Shown: in pieces, positions 1 through 7,816 of the stretch | Layout of the letters: each line of letters opens with the position of its first letter | Numbering within the stretch: the first letter of the stretch is position 1 | Source of the DNA: Methanosaeta sp. UBA114 | Lineage (GTDB): Archaea > Halobacteriota > Methanosarcinia > Methanotrichales > Methanotrichaceae | Assembly: GCA_002506335.1 (NCBI GenBank) | Contig: DAXJ01000014.1 | Span: 1-51,450, forward strand | Length of the DNA stretch: 51,450 bases | Reading direction: 5' to 3' | Translations under genes and position numbers: made by a program | The notes under the pieces: model-generated | The model's database searches: none | Seen by the model: only the letters and a program-made list of their open reading frames with translations | Told to the model about the DNA's origin: nothing

Positions 1-844
1 CCAGGCATTCGGCGGAGCAGGAATGTGATGACAAATTTCCCAAAGCGATGGCAATTCGATCCATGAGATAGGATGGAGCATCCAGTCGAAAGGCGTGGTC
101 AGAACCTGCGTGAAACCTGGCAATGAAAATCCTGCCGCCATCCCAGCTTTCGGGTTTGGGCTTGATTTTCTTTCCCTTAAGGCAGAGATACCAGGGAACT
201 CCTGGGGCCAGGATGCTTCCCACGTAGCTGGTGTGAGGAACAAAAGGCTTGGATAGATCTCCGCCCCAAGAAAGGGAGCTTGATTTGCTTATGGCCAGAA
301 GATCCACGCCCTTATCTTTTGCAGCCATTAGGACTTTGGTAAGGACGCTTCTTAGGGGCTCAAAGACGTCAAAGCCGCCGTCAAAGAGGATCAGATCTCC
401 CGTCGAGGACTCGTTTACGGCATCGTTGAGGGCAATATACTCCTGAAGCTCCCTGAAGTAGGAGGAGAGCCTGTCCAGCTCTGTCTTCTCTAAGGTGAAC
501 TTGTTGAGGCCAAAGGCCTTGGTATACTTCTCGAACTGATCGATATAGTTATCTTTGTCCGCTAGGAAGAGATCATCGTAGGTCACGACGGTCCTCTGCC
601 AATTCCTGCCCTTGTAGACCGCATAGCCGGCCCTGATATGGTTCAAGCTTGCTACGGACCAATCGCAGATGACGACGTTGGAGCCGTCTATAGCGTATAT
701 TTCTCCCTCGAAATCTCTTGGTTCTATCCTTACAAAATCGTCCTTACAGATGTCAGTCTCAGAACAATACTCGTCTACTCCGCTGATGGAGATCCTTTCC
801 CTGATAAGATCGGCGATGGCTTCAAGCCTGCTCCTATCTAACAT
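1..844 (-). CDS. NurA-like 5'-3' nuclease, 5' portion (the gene runs off the window start)
   Basis: Not in the ORF track because it is partial. A reverse-strand ATG at 844-842 opens a stop-free frame down to position 1 (MLDRSRLEAIADLIRERISISG...EIYAIDGSNVVICDW...GDLILFDGGFDVFEP...VDLLAISKSSS...). The IDGS, FDGG and ISKSS motifs resemble the NurA family. A TATA-like tttgtatatac lies about 30 nt upstream. Confidence 0.55.
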   Translation of the reverse strand, partial: MLDRSRLEAIADLIRERISISGVDEYCSETDICKDDFVRIEPRDFEGEIYAIDGSNVVICDWSVASLNHIRAGYAVYKGRNWQRTVVTYDDLFLADKDNYIDQFEKYTKAFGLNKFTLEKTELDRLSSYFRELQEYIALNDAVNESSTGDLILFDGGFDVFEPLRSVLTKVLMAAKDKGVDLLAISKSSSLSWGGDLSKPFVPHTSYVGSILAPGVPWYLCLKGKKIKPKPESWDGGRIFIARFHAGSDHAFRLDAPSYLMDRIAIALGNLSSHSCSAECL

Positions 845-1191
845 CCAATTTAAGAAAGAGCGGTAAAGTATATACAAATTTTGGCACTTATCTATCGGTA
901 CGATATATTTAAGAAGAACATTTCGATTGCCTTACGAGGATAAACATTATTGTCCATTATTCTTTACATCCCCTCGTGAATGCTAAGCTAAAAGATCACT
1001 ACCACCTTGTTCACGGCGGCAACATGTCCACAGATACCTGGAATAGACTTGCCAAAAGCAATGATTACCCTCCTAGCGGCCATTCGGGTGGCAATATATG
1101 GGGCAGCATTATTCCCGCTACCACTATTGGTTTTAGAGCCGTTTTTGCGTGAGCAGTTGAGTGGTTTTCTTATATATCCATCGAAGGCTTT

Positions 1192-1428
1192 TCATTCACT
1201 TCCAGGGAGTATTGGTCCGAGTTGGTCTATTGCTCTCTTTCTCTTGACTGTCGCCCTGAATCCCTCTTTTTTTTGGCGAACCGACAAAAAACCCGACTCG
1301 GCTAGTTGCCGCGCTCGCTTTCTGAAGGTTTTTTCACAGGGGGGCAGGATCATGCTTTCGCACAGGCTGGCATAGATCTGGGCTAGAGTTCGGCCTGGTC
1401 TGTCGCAGGCCGCCTTCAGAATTACCAC
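1192..1428 (-). CDS. Small hypothetical protein, possibly winged-helix DNA-binding
   Basis: 78-aa ORF in a low-GC patch. The pattern TLAQIYASLCES...RKRARQLAESGFLSVRQKKEG looks like a wHTH. Its start overlaps the upstream ORF by 7 nt. Confidence 0.35.
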   Translation of the reverse strand: MVILKAACDRPGRTLAQIYASLCESMILPPCEKTFRKRARQLAESGFLSVRQKKEGFRATVKRKRAIDQLGPILPGSE

Positions 1429-1871
1429 GTAGGCCTCGTCAACTTGTGCACTTCCTTTTTGATGTTTATGGATGCGTGCCAGGGGCTACACCCGACAGAC
1501 TTATCGATCGGTTTTGCCATGGGGGTAAGAGATGCTGCGGGGCTCCTCGAACCTTGCCAGGAAGGGAGCCCCTGGCCCACTTCCGTTCTTAGCTTTGGCT
1601 TTAGTTTCTGTGTCTTGTTGCTCTTGTGCGCGCGTTTTGTTGTTACGGCAACCTCTTTTCCGAGAATATCAACATTTCGGGCAAGACATATCCAACTATA
1701 TATAGTGGGTAGATAGACTCCATAGGCACCGTTTGCTACCATCACCAACGAATAACCAGCGTAAACCGCTTCATAGCCCCTATAAATCTGGAGGATAAAT
1801 AGCTGCGGCTCGCCGCAAATAACTGTGGGTTGGAGGTGGGTTAACAAGATTTGTGCGCGATTCCAGAACAT
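1422..1871 (-). CDS. Hypothetical protein with an aromatic/hydrophobic N-terminal half and a basic middle
   Basis: 149-aa ORF in the low-GC patch, coupled to the 1192-1428 ORF. No family recognised. Confidence 0.3.
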   Translation of the reverse strand: MFWNRAQILLTHLQPTVICGEPQLFILQIYRGYEAVYAGYSLVMVANGAYGVYLPTIYSWICLARNVDILGKEVAVTTKRAHKSNKTQKLKPKLRTEVGQGLPSWQGSRSPAASLTPMAKPIDKSVGCSPWHASINIKKEVHKLTRPTW

Positions 1872-1970
1872 TTTGCATATATAGTTTTCGCTTGGTGTAG
1901 TTTCGGGTATATATATTTAGGGGTGGAATATTCCCCTCGTCCGGATATAGAGCGCTTGGCTGCTCATATT

Positions 1971-2015
1971 CTTATGTAACTCAGCTATAAGAAAAGCTTG
2001 TCAAAGTTACATAAG
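1971..2015. repeat. Perfect 11-nt inverted repeat cttatgtaact / agttacataag with a 23-nt spacer
   Basis: Read directly from the sequence. The arms are 1971-1981 and 2005-2015. The same 11-mer occurs again at 11051-11061. Confidence 0.6.
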
Positions 2016-2113
2016 GACGATGGTGGGGGGCTGCTGAGTCGTCAGTGAAGGATGGTGACTCGCCGCTGATGAAATATGGAGTGCGAAATGGAGAAAGGGA
2101 AGAAGCCTCTCTC

Positions 2114-2620
2114 CTAGTTGTAAGTTGTCAATCCCTGTTCAGCGGCCATTTCCTTGTATAGCGATGTATGTCCTATTCCTAAGGTATCGAGATCCTTGTT
2201 CTTAAGGTACCAGGCCTTTTGATAAGACGGATTGGCAACGGTGGCCTTGTTGTAGCACTGTATAGCAGTGTTCGGATCGCCCTGTAGGTCGTATATCATT
2301 CCCATATTGCACCAGGCCTCGGCATATGATGAGTTGATGTCTACTGCCATGGCAAAAGCCCTGATGGCATCATCGTATTTTTTCTGGGTGCCCAGTATCA
2401 TGCCTTTGCAGTTCCAGGACTCAGCACTCTGGGGATAAATCTTCAGGACCTCGTCAAAAGCTTGAAGCGCCTCGTCGTACTTTCCCATAGTGTACAGATA
2501 CACGCCCTGGTCGTACAAGCTAGCTGCGGTCTGCTCCGGCGAACTTGCAGCCGTCTCATTTTCTTGCCCCAGGACCGGGACTGCCATTATCATTATCAGT
2601 AACAGTATAATTTGAACCAA
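2114..2620 (-). CDS. Secreted TPR-repeat protein
   Basis: N-terminal signal-like MVQIILLLIMIMAVPVLGQ, followed by TPR-type repeats (AEAWCNMGMIYDLQGDPNTAIQCYNKA...NPSYQKAW). Confidence 0.75.
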   Translation of the reverse strand: MVQIILLLIMIMAVPVLGQENETAASSPEQTAASLYDQGVYLYTMGKYDEALQAFDEVLKIYPQSAESWNCKGMILGTQKKYDDAIRAFAMAVDINSSYAEAWCNMGMIYDLQGDPNTAIQCYNKATVANPSYQKAWYLKNKDLDTLGIGHTSLYKEMAAEQGLTTYN

Positions 2621-2733
2621 TTTTGAGTTCGTTCTTTTCTCCCCCTGTCTTTGCCAATAGGTATACCTTTATCTCGGTTGATGGTGAAATAGTTTACGCG
2701 ATAGGGCTCCTATGATATTGTATGCCATCTATC

Positions 2734-3093
2734 TCATCCCCCTAGGATAAGCCTTCTCCCTGCCAGGGATATGTGATGGGCAAGCTCCACGGCTGATCTT
2801 TCTCCAATGGACTCGGGATGCTTGAACTCCCTGCCCAGGATGGAGGAGACCCTCCATGCTTCCAGGTTGTACATATCTCCCTTCTCAGCCACGATAATTC
2901 CTGGGAGGCAGAGGGAAGCGGCCTTGATGAGGTCTGCCACGGAACTGATGTCGGGGGCCTCTGTCGCCCTGGGCAGGATTTTCACGGCCTTCACCCTCTC
3001 TATGCACTCAGGGGATATGTCCAGGTAGACCGCGGCGCAGACCATGTGGTACCTGCCCTCGACCTCGTGCCTGCCCGATATGTCTACTGCCAC
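2734..3093 (-). CDS. Hypothetical protein; family not recognised
   Basis: 119-aa ORF placed tightly after the PHP gene on the same strand. Composition looks coding. Confidence 0.45.
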   Translation of the reverse strand: MAVDISGRHEVEGRYHMVCAAVYLDISPECIERVKAVKILPRATEAPDISSVADLIKAASLCLPGIIVAEKGDMYNLEAWRVSSILGREFKHPESIGERSAVELAHHISLAGRRLILGG

Positions 3094-3114
3094 TATCTCT
3101 ATTCAGCCAACTCC

Positions 3115-3759
3115 TCAAGCAGCCTTTTCTTTTATGATGGGATGGTCGTATATAATCTTCTCAGAGACGCTTCTGGTAAGGCCGGCGCCCATGGCGATCT
3201 CCAGGGCCCTGTTGCTATCTATCAGGTCATCGGGGCTGTGAGTATCAGTATCTACTACCATCCTGGCCCCCGCCTGGCCGGCGATCCTGGCCACGTGGCC
3301 GTTGGTTATGTTATGTCCCGCTCTGGAGGTTATCTCCAGGCAGACATTATTCTGAGCGGCGATCTCCGCCTCCTCCAGGGTTATGAAGCCTGGATGGGCA
3401 AGGATATCGACTCCTATCTCCACCGCCGCCTTGTCCGTGCCCGGGGCCACCGGCTCCACGGGGGTCTCTCCGTGGACGACGATGATCTCAGCCCCGAGCT
3501 TTCTCGCCATAAGAGCCAGGCGCTCCATCTTCTGGGGAGGTACGTGGGTCAGCTCCACCCCTGCCAGGATCCTCATATTCCATACATCCTCTAGATATTT
3601 AACTTTAAAGATGCTCGATAGGACGTGCTCTATGTTGGTGAAGTCCACGTGATCGGTAATGGCCATGGCAGTGTATCCGTTGACCTGGGCCCGGCGGACG
3701 AGCTCGCTTGGCAGAAGCTCACCATCCGAGAAGATGCTGTGGGTGTGGAGATCGATCAT
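3115..3759 (-). CDS. PHP-family metal-dependent phosphoesterase
   Basis: N-terminal MIDLHTHSIFSDGELLP...AITDHVD is the PHP His motif pattern. Confidence 0.75.
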   Translation of the reverse strand: MIDLHTHSIFSDGELLPSELVRRAQVNGYTAMAITDHVDFTNIEHVLSSIFKVKYLEDVWNMRILAGVELTHVPPQKMERLALMARKLGAEIIVVHGETPVEPVAPGTDKAAVEIGVDILAHPGFITLEEAEIAAQNNVCLEITSRAGHNITNGHVARIAGQAGARMVVDTDTHSPDDLIDSNRALEIAMGAGLTRSVSEKIIYDHPIIKEKAA

Positions 3760-3942
3760 GGGTGCAAAGGAGGCATAGGGCGGTATTAAGGATTGCCTGC
3801 CGTAGATAAGGCCGTTGGCCTGGGACCTGCCTGGGCAAAGGTGTTAAGTATCTCCCAAATTAGATTATGCAGGTACTAAAAGCGATAGGAGCTATCGTTA
3901 GAAGTAAACCGATGGAGTCTCACCGAAAGAGTAAGAATACCC

Positions 3943-4239
3943 ATGAATAATTCAATGATAATGCGTCTGGTCCTGGATGTGCTCAAGCCCCATGTTCCCA
4001 CCATCCTTGACCTTGCCACGGCCCTGGCTCATGTCAAGGGTGTAACGGGCGTGAATCTGAGCCTTTATGAGGTCGATCGCCAGACTGAGACCGTAAAGGC
4101 CACCATTCAGGGAGAGAACATCGATTATCCGGAGATAGAGAGTGTCATAAGGGACTTTGGTGGCTCCATCCACAGCATAGACGAGGTTGTGGCAGGTAAG
4201 GAGATAGTCAAGGAGTATGAGACTCTACAGGAGCGCTAA
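3943..4239 (+). CDS. DUF211-like small protein
   Basis: 98 aa. MRLVLDVLKPH...VTGVNLSLYEVD matches the DUF211 pattern as I remember it. Confidence 0.6.
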   Translation: MNNSMIMRLVLDVLKPHVPTILDLATALAHVKGVTGVNLSLYEVDRQTETVKATIQGENIDYPEIESVIRDFGGSIHSIDEVVAGKEIVKEYETLQER

Positions 4240-4292
4240 CTTTAGTCTCACTCGGCTTCCTTTTTATATCATTGGGCTAAATTAAATTCCGA

Positions 4293-4577
4293 TTACTTTT
4301 TGCTTCTCATGCCCACGGCGATCTTCCTCAAGACCGCTGACTTGGGCTCTTTCTTTGGCACCAGTATCCTACCTGAGCTCTCATACCAGTTGGACGGGTG
4401 CCTCTTATCGCGCTCTATCTCCGGCTTGTAACCAGCCCTTATGGCCGCGGTTATAAGCTGATCCAAGGTTGGCCTGCTTATGGCCGCAGAGGCGGGGATC
4501 ATTCTACCTTCACTCCTGGACCTGGCAGCATCGAAGTAGAGGGGCCAGATCACTACCACGTCCTTCCGTCCGGACAT
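4293..4577 (-). CDS. srp19: Signal recognition particle protein SRP19
   Basis: 94 aa. VVIWPLYFDAARSRSEGRMIP is the typical SRP19 N-terminal motif. Confidence 0.8.
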   Translation of the reverse strand: MSGRKDVVVIWPLYFDAARSRSEGRMIPASAAISRPTLDQLITAAIRAGYKPEIERDKRHPSNWYESSGRILVPKKEPKSAVLRKIAVGMRSKK

Positions 4578-4699
4578 GGCGAAAGTGTTGGGTATCTATC
4601 CGATATGAACTTTTGTAGTGTGGATGGAGGATGGATGGGAACGCAAGTCTTTTAGGCATCTTATGGACATTTGGAGAATTAAGCTTCGGAGTTCCCTAT

Positions 4700-5626
4700 A
4701 TGAGCGAAGAGACGTTACCCATCGCCAACGTGGGCGGCACCCAGGTTCCCTACGACCCGGATCAGCTCAGGAGGATCAAGGAGCATCCTTGCTTCTCCGA
4801 GAAGGCCTGCCACGCCTTTGGCAGGATGCACCTGCCGGTGGCTCCCAAGTGCAACATACAGTGCAAGTACTGCATTCGCAGCTTCGATTGCGTCAACGAG
4901 TCCAGGCCGGGGGTGACGAGCAAGGTCTTAAACCCCAGGGAAGCCCTTGAAAAGGTAGACGAGGTCCTGGCCAAGTACCACTACATCAAGGTAGTGGGGA
5001 TCGCAGGCCCGGGGGAGCCCCTGTCCAATCCGGAGACCTTTGAGACCTTCAGGCTGGTCGGGGAGAAGTACCCCAATATGATCCTGTGCGTGAGCACCAA
5101 CGGCCTTCTCCTGTCCGATGCCATCGAGGAGCTGGATAAACTGGGCGTATGCAATATCACCGTCACCATGAACGCCGTGGATCCTGAGATCGGCAAGGAG
5201 ATCTATGATTACATAACTTATCACGGCAAAAAGTACGAGGGCCTGGAGGCGGCCAAGATCCTCCTGGACAATCAGCTCAAGGGAATAGAGGAGGCCTTGA
5301 AGCGGAAGAAGATAGTCAAGGTCAACACCGTCCTCATACCTGGGATCAACGATAAGCACGTCTTCGATGTCGCTAGAAAGATAAAATCCATGGGCGTCTT
5401 CATCCATAACGTCATGCCCCTCATACCCCAGTACAAGTTCGCCAACATAAAACCCCCGTCCCCTGAGGAGAAGCGGAAGATCCAGGACGAGCTGGGGACC
5501 ATCATAAAGCAGATGAGGCATTGCAGGCAGTGTAGGGCGGACGCCATTGGACGCCTGGGGTGCGATGTTCAGGGGGAGTTTCAGAGCAGACAGAAAGATC
5601 AGGCGAAGACAGATCAAACTGCCTAA
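4700..5626 (+). CDS. nifB: NifB-type radical SAM protein, minimal stand-alone form
   Basis: HPCFSEKACHAFGRMHLPVAPKCNIQCKYC...CVNESRPGV...VGIAGPGEPL...STNG...HCRQCRADA. The track ORF starts at 4631, but the ATG at 4700 has GGAG 8 nt upstream and is the likelier start. Confidence 0.8.
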   Translation: MSEETLPIANVGGTQVPYDPDQLRRIKEHPCFSEKACHAFGRMHLPVAPKCNIQCKYCIRSFDCVNESRPGVTSKVLNPREALEKVDEVLAKYHYIKVVGIAGPGEPLSNPETFETFRLVGEKYPNMILCVSTNGLLLSDAIEELDKLGVCNITVTMNAVDPEIGKEIYDYITYHGKKYEGLEAAKILLDNQLKGIEEALKRKKIVKVNTVLIPGINDKHVFDVARKIKSMGVFIHNVMPLIPQYKFANIKPPSPEEKRKIQDELGTIIKQMRHCRQCRADAIGRLGCDVQGEFQSRQKDQAKTDQTA

Positions 5627-6008
5627 AATACCTTTTTAATATAACCATACGTAAAATTTATACGTGGCGTTTTAACGTGTTCACCTTTAATGGTAAAAGA
5701 TAATAGCTAGGCTCACTGACTGCTTGACTAAAGTTATTTTTATTTATTACGTGGTTACCCCTGTCACAAGTCATTATGGTAACTTATTTCAATATACGTA
5801 TCCGCTATAAATGTTCAAAAGCCAGCGGCGCTTTCCATATAACCCGATAAAGATTATACAAGCTATTTGATCCACAGGGTGATTTGAATCAGGCGAGCTA
5901 GAGATCATGGCATATATTACCTTCTACAGACGCTGGAACCTATCGATCAGCATCAGGCCAAAAGACACACGTCCCGGCTTTGGGCCGGGAATAGTTAAGA
6001 AGCTATGA

Positions 6009-6338
6009 TCAGCCAGACTTCACCATTTTTTTAACGCTTTCGATAACTCCCGCAAAGAAGCTCTTCTTGGGTATCTCAGCCTTCTTTGAAACCTCAGCCT
6101 CTTCTACGGGCTCCTCGATTTCAAGGGCCTTGGCAGTAGACTTGACTTTTACTACCTCTTTAACTCCAGGTTTCGATGGTTTCGATTGGGCGGCAGGCTT
6201 TGGAGCCTCGGTCTTTTTAGCTTCAGGCTCTGGCGTCTCTATCTTCTTCTCTGCCTTGGGTGCAGTTCTGATTGATGGCTGAAGGCCCATGTTGCGATTG
6301 GCTGGTCCCTTATGCTTCTTTTGCGTGTGCTTAGACAT
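6009..6338 (-). CDS. Lys/Glu/Pro-rich, probably disordered small protein with an amphipathic C-terminus
   Basis: 109-aa ORF. GAGGT lies 6 nt upstream of the ATG, with TATA-like aaggtatatga further upstream. A hairpin (tcccggc-tttg-ggccggga, about 5972-5991) follows the stop. Confidence 0.6.
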   Translation of the reverse strand: MSKHTQKKHKGPANRNMGLQPSIRTAPKAEKKIETPEPEAKKTEAPKPAAQSKPSKPGVKEVVKVKSTAKALEIEEPVEEAEVSKKAEIPKKSFFAGVIESVKKMVKSG

Positions 6339-6708
6339 GCCTTGACCTCAGCATCTTCCGTTTCTGCGGTCATTCATATACCTTACGGTAAAATGCAAAG
6401 CGCTTCCGTGATATATCCCCAACAGGGCAAGAAGACCAAGGGATAGGCACCCTTCCTAGGCTCTAGAGCTCCTTCAGGTATCTCTCCCTTCTGAGGGCTA
6501 CTGGCGTTTTCCCCTAGGATGCCTAAAATACAGCGAAGGCCCCATGGGAGTTCCTCTGGCAGTACCAGTTCACGGCTCTCTTTAGGTCAGGCGAAATCCA
6601 CCGGTCGATAGGTTCGGTCATCTCCGTACCACTTATGGGGGCAAGATAGGCACTATCAAGTTAAGCCTGGCGACAAAATAAGTCTAATTGGGTTAAAAGT
6701 AAAGATGT

Positions 6709-6726
6709 TTGGCTCCATGGAGCCAA
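6709..6726 (-). terminator. 18-nt perfect palindrome ttggctccatggagccaa just downstream of sORF P1
   Basis: Read directly. It lies 13 nt after the P1 stop codon on the minus strand. Confidence 0.45.
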
Positions 6727-6738
6727 TACCATGTCTTT

Positions 6739-6927
6739 TTACTTCTTTCCAGTGCTGGTGGGGTAGCAGGTTCCAATGAGGGAGCCTTTTCTGGAGACCC
6801 TGGCGTCGCCGGGCTTTATGGGTTCTACCTTGGCATCTCCTGGCTTTTTCTTGGCCTCTATCTCTTCAGATGGCGCCTGGGGCGGGTTTACTCCCTTGAA
6901 TTGCTCTGGGGATTTTTCTTCAGCCAT
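6739..6927 (-). CDS. Small ORF P1 (62 aa), member of a three-copy sORF family
   Basis: MAEEKSPEQFKGVNPPQAPSEEIEAKKKPGDAKVEPIKPGDARVSRKGSLIGTCYPTSTGKK. It shares its core with P2 and P3, and has its own BRE/TATA and terminator hairpin. Confidence 0.6.
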   Translation of the reverse strand: MAEEKSPEQFKGVNPPQAPSEEIEAKKKPGDAKVEPIKPGDARVSRKGSLIGTCYPTSTGKK

Positions 6928-6961
6928 ATAACCGCCACTACTACTTTTCTGTTGTTAGTAT

Positions 6962-6975
6962 TATTATATCTTTCG
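6962..6975 (-). promoter_or_regulatory. BRE/TATA element (minus-strand cgaaagatataata) for P1
   Basis: The 14-mer is identical to the one upstream of P2, and both lie 34 nt from their ATG. Confidence 0.5.
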
Positions 6976-7165
6976 ATAGATTTCCTAAAAGATAGAAGGC
7001 TAAACACACGAAGGAAGATCGGATCGTACCCTCCTATGTATATCCTCGATGATAGAGCTCTAGAACAAGGGATAGCTGGATAGCTAATAGATCAAAATCC
7101 CTTGCTCTTTAATAACATCTGTAGTGTTAAGAGCATTAAGGGGTTAAAATAGGGGGAGGAGATTG

Positions 7166-7309
7166 TTATTTCTTGGCCCCGGAGGACGAGGTGTAGCAGG
7201 TGTCCAGCAGAGAACTCTTCCTCACCACTCTGGCATCGCCGGGCTTTATGGGCTCAACCGCAGCATCCTCTGTCTTCTTGGTATCTTTTTTAGTTTCATG
7301 ATGCGTCAT
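7166..7309 (-). CDS. Small ORF P2 (47 aa), sORF family member; not in the ORF track
   Basis: Hand translation gives MTHHETKKDTKKTEDAAVEPIKPGDARVVRKSSLLDTCYTSSSGAKK with a TAA stop. GGTGAT lies 5 nt upstream of the ATG. An imperfect hairpin (about 7098-7142) lies downstream. Confidence 0.6.
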   Translation of the reverse strand: MTHHETKKDTKKTEDAAVEPIKPGDARVVRKSSLLDTCYTSSSGAKK

Positions 7310-7343
7310 GATACATCACCATGACATCATTATTCGTTATGGC

Positions 7344-7357
7344 TATTATATCTTTCG
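7344..7357 (-). promoter_or_regulatory. BRE/TATA element for P2, the same 14-mer as for P1
   Basis: tattatatctttcg on the plus strand equals cgaaagatataata on the minus strand, 34 nt from the P2 ATG. Confidence 0.5.
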
Positions 7358-7375
7358 GTTGATCTGCAAGGTCGT

Positions 7376-7468
7376 ATGGAGACTATGCAGGTTGGCAATG
7401 CAAAAGGCGTGAACGCGGGTGGACAAATCCGTAATACTTTGGATAAGATTCAGATAAAGTTGAGATAA
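7376..7468 (+). other. Candidate leaderless 30-aa sORF, or the 5' part of a small RNA, divergent from P2
   Basis: The ATG lies 23 nt downstream of the AT-symmetric TATA at 7344-7352. It translates as METMQVGNAKGVNAGGQIRNTLDKIQIKLR and is followed by the hairpin at 7487-7504. No homology support. Confidence 0.2.
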
Positions 7469-7486
7469 AACATAAAAAAGCAATCT

Positions 7487-7510
7487 CGACTGCTGCAGCA
7501 GTCGGGTTTT
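7487..7510 (+). terminator. 18-nt perfect palindrome cgactgctgcagcagtcg followed by gggtttt
   Basis: Read directly. It is preceded by an A-run (aaaaaag), so it looks like a bidirectional terminator. Confidence 0.4.
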
Positions 7511-7816
7511 ATGCTATATGCTTCCTGGCATGCATCAGGCAGCGAACGTCAGGTCTATCCCTCTTTTCCTGCCGGTCCGAGGGATATTACCTTCACCGCC
7601 TGAAAAGCCCTAATACCTTTCTGACTAGTGATTGGTGCATCACCTCTGATAGGCTATTATCACTAATGTATATTAAGGTTTTTGGTAGAGGCAAGAACGG
7701 TTGGGCACAGGCTCATGGCACTAAGAGTAGAATAAGAAGCTGAAGATCTCACGGTTAATGAGATCAGGGCTTCTATCGATCTAAAAAGGCGTAGTCATAT
7801 TAATAGCGTCTTTTCC

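Noticed and set aside
1007-1716. Plus-strand ORFs 1007-1375 and 1444-1716 in the low-GC patch.
   Set aside because: Their composition is not protein-like, and they overlap the minus-strand ORF pair, which shows start/stop coupling. Neither strand has strong support, so I listed only the minus-strand pair and gave it low confidence.
2818-3594. A 258-aa plus-strand ORF, together with the similar long antisense ORFs at 4928-5617, 13738-14181, 14635-15300, 18800-19564, 31442-31975 and 36167-36937.
   Set aside because: Each lies antisense to a gene with clear family motifs. Their products are Arg/Gly/Pro/His-rich with no recognisable motifs, which is typical of shadow ORFs in moderately GC-rich coding DNA.
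5640-5830. Repeated tacgt and tacgtgg motifs, plus a gttacc/ggtaac inverted repeat, in the AT-rich nifB 3' spacer.
   Set aside because: The motifs are only 5-7 nt long, so they are expected by chance in AT-rich sequence. No consistent spacing or longer conserved unit was seen.
6370-6621. A minus-strand ORF starting MTEPIDRWISPDLKRAVNWYCQRNSHG... It looks vaguely like a ribbon-helix-helix antitoxin and would run about 83 codons if three in-frame TAG codons were read through.
   Set aside because: It needs three TAG read-throughs. The GGAG sits directly against the ATG. The ORF overlaps the promoter of the 6009-6338 gene. An 83-codon stretch free of TAA and TGA is not very improbable by chance. 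At best it is a dead remnant.
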